Assembly (NCBI GenBank): GCA_028023455.1
Contig: JAQFVV010000003.1
Coordinates: forward strand, 16,306,001 to 16,370,000
Source of the DNA: Epiperipatus broadwayi
Taxonomy: Eukaryota > Animalia > Onychophora
Reading direction: 5' to 3'
Length of the DNA: 64,000 nucleotides
Shown here: piece by piece, positions 1-10,120 of the stretch
Numbering within the stretch: the stretch's first letter is position 1
How the letters are laid out: each line of letters starts with the position of its first letter
The notes under the pieces: model-generated
Database searches by the model: none
The model's input: only the letters and a program-made list of their open reading frames with translations
What the model was told of the DNA's origin: nothing
Translations under genes and position numbers: made by a program

Positions 1-600
1 ACCCATTTCATGATATCATCTCACTTTTTAGTAATAGTTCCGGTTTTTTTCTTTATTGCAGATATAAATTTCCTACCAATACCAAAATGTTGTTTTATAT
101 TTTTGAGACTTTTATTCTCTTCTACAGCTTTTCTTGCTAGTTCACAGTTATACTTTTATCATTTCCAACATTTTTCTGCACCATTTTACAGAATTTGAGG
201 TATTAAATCCTTTTTAATGCATCATTTTTGTATATTTTCATATTCCTTCTTTTCTTCATAAATTCTCTAGTCTCAGTAGAAATTTTATTGGTCAATTGCT
301 GATTTTTTCTACCAGATATCTTTGTTGCAGTTTTAAAAGTGTATCAGTTATTTTCTTATTAATTTCATTCAAATCTGAATCATGTTCAAAATTTACTAAT
401 ACTTGAAACCGATTTGTAAGTTCTAATTTAAATTCATTAGATTGTTTCTGAAGATTAGGAATATCAAGTGTAAATATTTTAGTCCTTAATAATTTTTGTG
501 TCTCTAGTTTTATTAACATATGTCAAAGAAATTGCTCAATTTGCCATATTTATTTGTGTCTACATTTCAGATTTAAAAGTTTCCAAGAATTCTTGTAGCT
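1..600 (-). mobile_element. Decayed RTE-type LINE fragment (endonuclease-RT linker)
   Basis: ORF 292..519(-) reads FKLELTNRFQVL..DLNEINKKITDTLLK, typical of the RTE linker. The broken frame towards position 1 reads ..KKTGTITKK*DDIMKW, resembling the I..RW motif that follows it. Multiple stops and frameshifts. Confidence 0.65.
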
Positions 601-621
601 GATGCCTTTGTAAGGAACCAT

Positions 622-1060
622 AATAGGAGAGAATATTTTTAAAAAAGTGGAAAATGTTTTAAGTAAATATGAATTTCAATGGAGCTTACTGGAATGAAGA
701 ATGATATGTGACAAAACAATACTAAGATTTTTTTTTTTTTAAAAGTAGTATGTCATTATTTCATGGATGTTTTAGAATTTATCAATTAACTTATTTTCTG
801 ATTTGATGAATAAGTACAAACATTTGGCTTATTTCACTAAAGTTTGCTGACTGTCTTGCCATCAGACATTAAAAAGTTTTTATGACATGAAAAATGCAAT
901 ATCATAGAATCACTTATCATACATCAATGATTTTAAATGTCAGTAAAATTTGGCCTTTGTGGTTGACCATTTCCATGTGTTTGAAGAAATTAGGAATCCA
1001 ACATCAAGATAGAAACAAGCTTATTAATCAAAACATGACATTATAAAAACTTTTCAGTTA
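622..1060 (+). mobile_element. hAT (Buster/SPIN, GTF2IRD2-like) transposase relic with internal deletion
   Basis: Hand translation gives ENIF KKVENVLSKYEFQWSLL, similar to the G.DIF..V..VL..Y.L.W..L block preceding TDGA, and later ..KIWPLWLT/DHF.., similar to F..KL.LW...L.HF. Heavily degraded. Confidence 0.5.
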
Positions 1061-1429
1061 AAACTTTGTTTCTAAAAAAATCGTGAAAAATAATATATTT
1101 TATTTTGAAACATGCAAATTATCAAGTTTGCATGTATTACATTTCGATTTTAACTCATACTTAACATTGTTTCTTTATTATTATTATAAAACAAATTTGA
1201 GCTCTGTTTTTTAGAATTTCATGTTGCTTAAATTGCAAGTTTAATTCATTTTTTAAATAGTGAAATATCTGATGACTTTTTAAATGAGGTTGTCAAAATA
1301 CAGTATAGTTTTGTTTTCAGCAAAAAATTTTAAGACTTAACTTTTATTTACTATCTGAATGCTTCAATAATAATAATAATAATAATTTGCGTGTAAAATT
1401 AACAACCTTTTTCTCTTACTATGGTTATT

Positions 1430-1900
1430 ATACCGTTTATCGGTAATTTAAGGTTTACACGTTATTAATTTTTAATGTATATCCGTTAACCTAGTTATGT
1501 TCGCATCTGATAATTCATTTATTTGAATATGCCAAATATTCTAGATAATGTAACTATTTTTCCTGGTCAAACAATCTGTTTATTCTAACTAAGTTTTAAT
1601 TTTGGTCAGGGAAGAACCAGCTTTTTATTTATTTTATAGGCACCAGGATTCATAAGTGAATCCACTGCTATCCCCCCCTCCTATTTCTAATATTCACGAC
1701 TGTATTTTGGTTTATTGTCCTCTGGAGGATTGTAATTTAAGGTAATGTATTGGCATCTATAATTGACAAAATTACCCAGACTTCAATAGTAATACTATAA
1801 CGATTAAATTAAATTTATGACAGAATAAATTATTTCTATGTTTTATCTCTCCCCCCCCCCCCATTACATTAATTCTACCACCCCTTCATTAATAATAATA
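1430..1900 (-). mobile_element. Penelope-like element 3' end / pseudo-LTR fragment (left palindrome arm)
   Basis: Reverse complement of ~4030-4445 and homologous to 48300-48700. Minus-strand translation IRNRRGDSSGFTYESWCL resembles the NRD.G..L...W motif at the end of PLE GIY-YIG ORFs. A degenerate hammerhead-like tail is visible in the 48405-48455 copy. Confidence 0.45.
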
Positions 1901-1989
1901 ACATAAAAGAATTTTAAAAAAATCACTCTTCAAATATAATATACATAAATTAATACCTTGAAATAACGAATATTTGAGTTCATAATATC

Positions 1990-2700
1990 AAAACTAATTT
2001 GTTTTTGTTTTTTTTTCTTCTTAATCAGCTTCTTCTAAAGTTTTATATAATTTCTTCTGAGCTAATTCTTCGTTGATATCATTTTCAAATCCTTTCTGAC
2101 AATGATTTAATATTTTTTTGAAATTCACACATTGGTTCTCTGGATCATCTTCTACAGATACTTTTATAGTTCCCGAACATTTGTACACGTGCATAAGCAA
2201 CATTAAAAGTGGGTTCATCCACAGTCTCATCAAAAACTAAATCATGGGCCTCAATTCATTGTCGATTTTCAGCTTCTATATTTGCTGGAAAAGAGTATCA
2301 AATTTTTGAGGTCTAAACTTATTTTGAATACCACGGAATTTATGATATAAATCTTCAGATTCTGCTTTTTCTGTAGTTTATTTTTCTGTTAAATTCTCAC
2401 CAACTTCTTTAAGATGAGGGAGGCACCATGCATTTTCAGTTTCATATAACTTAACATCTGTATTTAAGCTGACATTAGGTATAATTTTACAAGTTTCTCT
2501 TTGTTTGCCTTGCTGACATGTTCTGTGGCCCATGCTTCCTGGAAATCTTGGAGAAAACTTCACATAGTCTGGAGTGAAATCTGGAATACTACTAAATGAT
2601 GTCAATATATTGATCTTATTCATGATATGATTGCCATTTCAAGGTTTGTTAACTGTATCTTTAACGACTTCTAACTTAGGCAAATCATGTGGTTTTTCTA
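1990..2700 (-). pseudogene. eIF4G: eIF4G pseudogenic fragment (post-4E-binding linker + N-terminal half of MIF4G), left arm of palindrome
   Basis: Translates as KPHDLPKLEVVKD..PDFTPDYVK..QQGKQRETCKII..DVKLYETENAW..EDLYHKFRGIQNKFRPQKFDTL..DLVFDETVDEPTFNVAYA..VNFKKILNHCQKGFEND. This is collinear with eIF4G KPEGLP..PDFTP..RRSQQG.RKE.RKII..KL.KAE.AW..LNKLTPQ.F..EP.FSVAYA..VNFRKLLLNRCQKEFEKD. Contains stops, frameshifts and a deletion; no intron seen. Confidence 0.9.
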
Positions 2701-3420
2701 AATTAGAAGTTGTTAAAGATATAGCCAATAAACTTCAAAATGACAATCTTATCATTAATAATGTCCATGTATTAAGGTCATTTAGTAATGCTCAAGATTT
2801 CATTCCAGGTTATGTAAAGTCTTCTGCAAGACCTCCAGGAAGCATAGGCTATAGAACATATCATCAAGGAAAACAAAGAGACCTAGTAAAATTATATCCA
2901 ATGTTAGCTTAAATAAACATGTCAAGTTACATGAAACAGAAAATGCATGGCACCCCCTCATCTTAAAGATAAAGAAGTTGATAAGGAGAATTTAACAGAA
3001 AAAGAAGCTACAGAAAAAGCAGAATCGGAAGATTTATATTGCAAATTCTGTGATATTTTAAATAAACTTACATCTCAAAAATTTGATACTCTTCTCTAGC
3101 AAATATAAGAGCTGAAAATTGATAATAAATTGAGGTTCAAATGAGTTACTGATTTAGTTTTTGATAAGGCTGTGGCTGAACGTAGTTTTAGTGTTGTTTA
3201 TGCAAATTTGTGCAAATGTTTGGGAACTATAAAAATACCTATAGCAAATGGTAAAGAGAATAAATGTGTGAACTTCAGAAAAATATTATTAAATCGTTAT
3301 CTGAAAGGATTTGAAAAAGATATCAATGAAGATTTAGCTCAAAATAAATATATATAAAGTTTTAGAAACTGATTTGGAAGAAAAAAAAACAAATTAGTTT
3401 TGATATTACAACTCAAATAT
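2698..3420 (+). pseudogene. eIF4G: eIF4G pseudogenic fragment, right arm of palindrome
   Basis: SKLEVVKDIANK..QDFIPGYVK..HQGKQRD..ENAW..EDLYCKFCDILNKLTSQKFDTLL..DLVFDKAVAERSFSVVYANLCKCLGTIK..VNFRKILLNRYLKGFEKD (ORFs 2631..2912 and 3172..3357). Several in-frame stops. Confidence 0.9.
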
Positions 3421-3463
3421 TCGTTATTTCAAGTATTATTTATGTGTATTATATTTGAAGAGT

Positions 3464-4027
3464 TGTATTTTTATATTGGAAAATTTAACTTTATTTAAAT
3501 ATTTCAAATACATTCAACTGTTAGTAATATCACACCAAACAGGTTAGTATATGTACAATGTTTCAAGAGGTATAATTCTCCCCTCTTCTTCAGGTGTTGC
3601 TGGCCTAACCAGTGACAGTACTAGCATGGAATTTGAACCTGGACCCTTAGATTTTTGAGCATTGAATTTTAAGATAACACTCTATTTGAGATGTATTATT
3701 CTTCCCTCTTCTTCAGGTGTTGCTGGCCTGACCAGTGACAGTAGTAGCATGGGATTCAATACTCAAAAATCTAAGGTCCAGGTTCGAATCCCATGTTAGT
3801 ACTGTCACTAGTCAGGCCAGCAACACCTGAAGAAGAGAGAATAATACCTCTCGAAAAGTGCATATACTAATCTGTTTGGTGTGCTATTACTAACAGTTAA
3901 ATGTATTTGAAATATTTAAATAAAGTTAAAATTTTCTGAAGACATTCAATACGCATATTAGATGATGGAAATAGTCCATTATAAAAATACAACTAGAACA
4001 CTATCATCACAAACTTTCAGGAAAACA
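3464..4027. mobile_element. TSD-flanked fold-back insertion of a tRNA-head SINE-like unit carrying a hammerhead-like core
   Basis: 13-bp direct repeat ATATTTGAAGAGT at 3451-3463 and 4028-4040; the left palindrome arm has a single copy. Arms ~3482-3665 and ~3756-3933 are inverted, with an extra direct partial copy at ~3705-3757. B-box GGTTCGAATCCC at 3781-3792. CTGAAGA-A-GAGAG-loop-CTCTC-GAAA at 3827-3856. Confidence 0.7.
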
Positions 4028-4029
4028 AT

Positions 4030-4445
4030 ATTTGAAGAGTGTTTTTTTAATTCTCTTATGTTATTATTATTAATGAAGGGTGGTAGAATTAATAATAATA
4101 ATAAAAACCGAAAATAAACCATAGAAATAATTTATTTTGTCATATATTTAAGTGCTATAATATTCCTACTTAAGTTTTGGAATTTTGCCTTAAATTAAAA
4201 TCCTCCAGAGGACAATAACCCAAAACACAGTTGTGAGTATTAGAGATGGGGGAGGGGGGGCAGTGGATTCACTTATATATCCTGGCGCTTATGAAATAAA
4301 TAAAAAGCTGGTTATTCCATGACTAGAATTAAAACTTAGAATAAACTGGGGTTGTTTGACTAGGAAAAATAGTTACGTTATCGAGAATACTTGGCATATT
4401 CAAATAAATGAATTATCAGATGAGGACATAACTTAGTTAACGCAT
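4030..4445 (+). mobile_element. Penelope-like element 3' end / pseudo-LTR fragment (right palindrome arm)
   Basis: Reverse complement of ~1480-1940 (e.g. cagtggattcacttat..cctgg, aaaaagctggtt, aaaaatagttac..ttggcatattcaaataaatgaattatcagatg). Confidence 0.45.
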
Positions 4446-6711
4446 TACCAATAAACTGGTACTTTAGAGATTATAATATCTCTACTTTATAGATTATAAT
4501 ATCTCTACAGCTATTTTATATATATATTCTATAGATGTAAAACTGTATGTCTATAGCGATTATAACTTTTGCTTGGCTTGACAAGGAGCAAATTGCTTAC
4601 TTTATTTAAGTGGTCTCCTATACAAGCCTAGTGTATAGTTAATTGCTCATCATGAGAAAAAGAAAAATGACAATGAGTCATCAGCCTATGTAAAGTTATG
4701 GTCAGTGAATAAACTTATTTATAGTAGTGCATGAACAGGACTGCCACTTGCTCATCTATCATTTTAAGATTGACCCACTTGTCTCTCATCTGTCACTTTA
4801 AGATTGACCTGCAGTTACAGAAAACATCTATCGTTTGTATAATTCTACCCAAGGCTTTTTGACTAGCTTGTTTGTGGCAGTACACTACATTCTTTCTTTC
4901 TTAATTCTTTAGTTTGATAAAGCATATAACTAGTGATTTTTGCAATAATTGTATCATTTATGCTTTCTACAGCGCCTTTCTGGTCTACTGGTTTCCTGAT
5001 TGACTCTCTAGGAGCTCTGTTAAGCTATTATTTGAACTCTCTGTTGTATCAGTCTCATTGTTGCAATCTCTATTAATCAGTTTTCTGAGTCATTTATTTG
5101 GTCATTAGATTCTTCATTGATCAGTTGTGGGAGCTGTACATCTGGTTTCAGTTGACCTCTGTGTCATTTCTCTTCTGGTATTTATATAATAAATGATATT
5201 AAATTTTTTGGCAATCATTTACATTTCAATGATAAACTCTATACATGATTCTATCTTTTGGATATCACTGGGTTTTATCTGGATAAATGGTCTCTCTCTA
5301 AAACAAATTAAATTTGTTCTGAATTACTCTCGATAAGTAATTGTACAGAGAATTTTACCATAGTTGTTGGTAGGTATGGAGTGTTGTACTAAAAGTATTC
5401 ATGTGATTGGATGGTCCAGTTTCGACTTGATTCCTTAATGAATTTTTATTTATTCATATGGATTATCACTTTCTTGGTGAAATATAAGCAACAATATGAT
5501 TTTATACTAATACATTCACAAAAATCTCTGAATTAAGCTGAGATGAATGTTATCTCATTATTGAACATGATCACTTGAGATATCCATGGATAGGCTAAAA
5601 TTTTCTAAGAACTTCTATAATTACAGAAGAATGGGTTGAAAAATGTCTACAATTGTAATTCTTAGTATAGTCTATATGAATTCATGACCAGAGCTTTTTT
5701 AGCTATTGATCAAATTATATCTGGCATTTTTGCTGGCTTGTTCTATGCCAAGTTAGATATTTTTGATTTCTGGTTACCATATAAATGATCTTGAAATCAT
5801 TTTTATAAATATTCAAAAATATCTCTTGTACGGAAATTAAGACCTTGTAACCTTTCATGGGAATAACAACCTATACCCCTCCCAAGAAATATTATCAACT
5901 AAAGAAAGTTCATTGTAGCTGATCCAGAATGATTTGTGCAGAAATTTATAGCTGTTTTCTGGGCCAGATAAAGTTTATTATTATCTACCAGTTCTATTTT
6001 ATTTTAGTTTTTTTCTTCTCTATAATATAATTTAATTTTATTGACAGGTGATTCATTATTTTATCATTTGTTAAGTTTTAACTAAAAAATTGTATGTATC
6101 CAGCAGATTGTATCAACACACCATTCTTGGCCATGCCTTCAGTGGTAATTTATTTTCAATCCCCAGAAGTTATTTATAGTTTAAATTTATATGTTTATTT
6201 CTAGATTTAAATCATTAATATTTTTATACCTGTTGCTAAGGCAAGAACCAGTTTATCATTACGAGAATCATTATGTTCAGCTTTCTTTACTGTTCGTCCA
6301 TATTATTTTTTTCTAAAACCATCTTGTTGCTTTGAACAATTACTGACTCTATCACTATGGGTGATGCATTTCTGATCATTATTCAAGAATAGAGATCTAG
6401 ATCTCACATTTTAAAAGTATTGTTCCCTGCCTTTGTATATAATTATGAATGTGACTTACCTGCAGCATTGGACACCGTACCCATGTGGGTGCTGAATTCA
6501 TATTTTGAAAAGTCATTATCATGATATAAGGTTTAAATCATAATGAACTCAGGTAGCCAATGATTTCAAGCAAACATAGAATTTTGATTTCAAGTAGTTA
6601 ACCCAATCCAATTATATATGAGTATATTTCTATTATTAGCAAGTTGGAAAAAGGAAAAAAAATGTTGTCTAACAAAAATGTAGTAAATAGAAATGAAGAA
6701 TTGAATGATTG

Positions 6712-6820
6712 TTTTTTTTTTAAAGTGTCATAGCATCGGCCGGGACGCGAACCCGCAACCCGGGCAACTGCCTGCAAGTGCAAAGCAGTCGCGCTGACCT
6801 CTCGACCACCAATGCAAGAC
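6712..6820 (-). mobile_element. Short tRNA-derived SINE with A-tail and TSD
   Basis: Minus strand: GTGGTCGAGAGG (A-box-like) ... GGGTTCGCGTCCC (B-box-like) ... GCTATGACAC-TTT-A(n). TSD AATTGAATGATTG(TTT) at 6699-6711 and 6821-6833. Same family as 21361-21475. Confidence 0.8.
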
Positions 6821-6859
6821 AATTGAATGATTGTTTATTTATGCTTTTTAGTATCTATT

Positions 6860-8230
6860 CAATTAAATAGAATGGAAAAAATGAATAGAGGAATTAAAAT
6901 GATTGGAATTCATTTGGCATACAAAACAGAATGGTGATTACATCATATTGCAAGCATATGTTTTCTCTTATAATTAGCAACTTAATTTAGCTTGGTTCAT
7001 TTAGCATTTTATTTAAACTATTCTTTGATTATCAACAAAAAAAATTTAATTAATGTATGAGTGTATTTCACTTTAATTTACCATTTAAATTGGAAAGTGA
7101 ATATAAAGATCACAAGTAATAGCAGTAAATATGTTTAGTGTAGTTTTAAATTAGCACAGAGACAGATTGAACATATAGCAAGAGAAGAGAATAATTGATG
7201 GGGTTATACTGATTTAAAGAGATAATAAGATTTCTATCAAAAAAACTGATTTGAGATCAAAAGTTAAAAGGGTAAATCAGAGGATCTATACTCATACATT
7301 TATGACAGACTGTCTTTTTTTTTTCAGCAACACACTAACATTCATTTCATTGGCCTTCATTATCAGAGACTTCCTATAAAAATTGTTAGTTTTTTACATA
7401 GCAGCTACTAAGAAAAATTCTGACCTTGTCTATGAAATTTTTAACCATTTGAAAAAATCTCAAATACTAATCAAACTTAAATCCCTGAGCATCACAAACA
7501 ATTGCATTGTACCATACTATTGGCATCCTAACTAAATTTAAATCTCTTGAGCCAGGCAAAAAAGTACACTGCTTTATATTGTAGATTACATAATATAGTG
7601 ACTAGCTCATTAACACTTGGGTAGAATTTGAAAAAGATTTTTCAGAAACTGAGAATTTCTGAAGAAATGGTGTTTTCCTAAGGTGACAGTTTGTAGCAAA
7701 TGAATTATAAAGCTATTAGCTGCATATTAAAGTCCAGGCGCATTTGAGTTGATTAGATAAATAACAATGCACTGATTATTGGATTCTAACTCAGCTTTTA
7801 TCATTGGTGGGATAATGGTTATATAACACTCTAAAAAGAGTACAATACAATAGCTTTCTTTGAGAAGATAGAATTAAAGATAACAAAATAATGCAGAGAT
7901 ACAACTAGTAAAGGTACTGAAATCTTTCAGAGAAGAGAATGTTAATTTCCAGATTTAAAATATGTAGTAGAAAAATAAAAATGAGTTTGGAACTGAGAGA
8001 TTTAGAAAATACTTTTAATAGAATATGACTTTATATAAAATAAAAATCTGAACTACTTCTTTTGAAATGTGAGCAAGAGATAAATATCAAATATTTGTTG
8101 CCTTAACTGAAACTAGGACTATTGAAGTCCAAACAAAGTAAGTGAAACTATATCAATTATTTAGAAAAATTAAAAGGAATGTGGGAAATTGGATTTTGAC
8201 ATGCTCATAGAGAAAGATAAGTTTTTTTAA
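6860..8230 (+). mobile_element. Highly decayed RTE-type LINE ORF relic
   Basis: Purine/A-rich strand bias and patchy similarity to RTE endonuclease (..TW...NG.Y..I) and RT (..EFEKDF..) blocks; no intact frame. Confidence 0.35.
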
Positions 8231-9686
8231 AATAAATAAATAAAAATAAAACTGCTATTTCACATATTTGATTTTGTTTTTAATATAAAAACATCACAGC
8301 ACCCAAATCCTCTTTCTCACCAAAAACCAATTCAGAAACAAGAAATCAGCCGCTAGATAAATAATGTATATGAAATATTTAAAAATCATTTTTTTGCAAG
8401 TATCATTAATACTATAAATTCATCAATACTCCTTCATTATACTTTCAAATTTGGATACAAACTAGGGTCTTAATCTTAGTGAGAAGTTTGTAACCTTTTG
8501 AACAGTGCTTTAAACTAGGATTCACATAAAAATTTAAAGAATTAAAGAAAATTTTAGTATAGTTAAATTTTATTCTTAAGAATGCTGGCAGTCATAATAC
8601 TTGAATTACTTTTTAAAAAGAAATTTATTTTGAACTATATGTATATAATTCTAGAAATAAAAAATTAAGAAACTAAGTATTTAGAAGAAATTTTGGTACT
8701 TAAGTATTTAGTCTGGATACAAAGATTGTTTACGGATAAAAAATTTCTTAGACAAATAAATTAAAGATTAGTGATTAAAAAACAACTAATTACATCTTTA
8801 ATCTGATAAATTTTAATTATAGATAAAATTAGGTACTTAATTGATTTTATTTTAATTTACGTTTTTTATAAATGTACATATACATCACTTTTACAAACTG
8901 TCATTTAAAAAAAGAATTCAAACTGCCCTCACTTCTTTCTATTAATATTGCATATGCATATTTGTGAATATTCTTGCTGATTTGTCAGAAGGAAAAAAAT
9001 GAGATGAACTCACGATCTTAAGAAAATGTTTTTCCATGGCTGAACCTAACTATGAGCAGATCATCAATGAATGATATTTCATATATGCCTAAGACATGAA
9101 TTGTGTATAAGATGATAGAATTTCTCTTCTGTAATAATTAATATTCATAAAAGGAAAAAATTAAGAAAATAATTATTTATAATTTGGTCATCATAAGTTT
9201 AGTCAGGATTTAATAAAATAATTCGACATTTAAAGAGACAATATCACAAGATATAAAATAATTAAACGACACGTGATATATAAATGTTAACTGAATTTAA
9301 TTTTGAGCAGATAATCAATATGATGTGTCACATACATATATACGAGTAGTTGCTAGTTAATAAAAGATGCATTATTTTAAATGGAAAATAATTAACATTT
9401 TGCTGTACTCGAAATGATTATACTCGATTAATGACAATTACACATATCTGATATATTTTTATCTTACAACCAATTTTTTTCTAAAATTAATTTTTATTCT
9501 TTTTTTTTTTTGTTTGTTTGTTTAGATCTATTCTGTCGCCTCTCTTTTTATTTTTAAATCTAAGTAAGCTCTTTAAAAATTGAACTCAAAATGTTACAGT
9601 GAATTACTTTTGCTAGTTGATTTTAAGATCCGTTTATCTTTAATATTAACTTTTTTGTTTATTCTTATCCTAACAACGTCTTAGCT

Positions 9687-9699
9687 GTTGCCTGGCAAC
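9687..9699. promoter_or_regulatory. RFX X-box (GTTGCC-T-GGCAAC)
   Basis: Perfect palindromic X-box in a CpG-retaining patch (~9240-9990) that also holds an ETS-like ACTTCCGG at ~9960, ~390 bp upstream of the first reconstructed exon. Confidence 0.6.
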
Positions 9700-10085
9700 T
9701 GTCAATAATAGATATTATGTTCTGATATTTTGCGTGTTCTTTAACGAAATAAATCTACTAAGAATAATGAGTACTTTCTACTGTTAATTATTTTTGAAGG
9801 ATATATATATAGTATATTATTTATATATGTGTAAGCGTTTATGAAAACCTTGTTATAAAGTTAATTTTTAAAAATAAATTTAGTATTTCATTGTAAATTT
9901 TTACATCATTTATGTGTTAAACATTAACCTTAGGCATAGCGTCTAAATCACCCAAATAAACTTCCGGGTCAGTAATCTAAATTAGTACTCTATGACCTTG
10001 TCATTATATTATTGCTCTGAGCTATACCCATATCATTATCTAGTTTTAGGGAAGGCAAATCATAATAAAAATATGAATATTTTAG

Positions 10086-10120
10086 ATATCTAAACAGACT
10101 GCAGAAATATTATTCATTAA
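10086..10120 (+). CDS. Coding exon (phase 0 to 2) ISKQTAEILFI
   Basis: tattttttag| acceptor-type context, |gtaaga donor. Confidence 0.5.

Noticed and set aside
2378-3357. Functional truncated eIF4G protein supporting cap-independent translation of ribozyme-cleaved RNA
   Set aside because: Both arms have multiple stops and frameshifts, divergence is not enriched at third codon positions, and only half of MIF4G is present.
3756-3800. Possible tRNA gene (GGTTCGAATCCC)
   Set aside because: No cloverleaf or acceptor stem; it is a SINE-like head within a TSD-flanked insertion.
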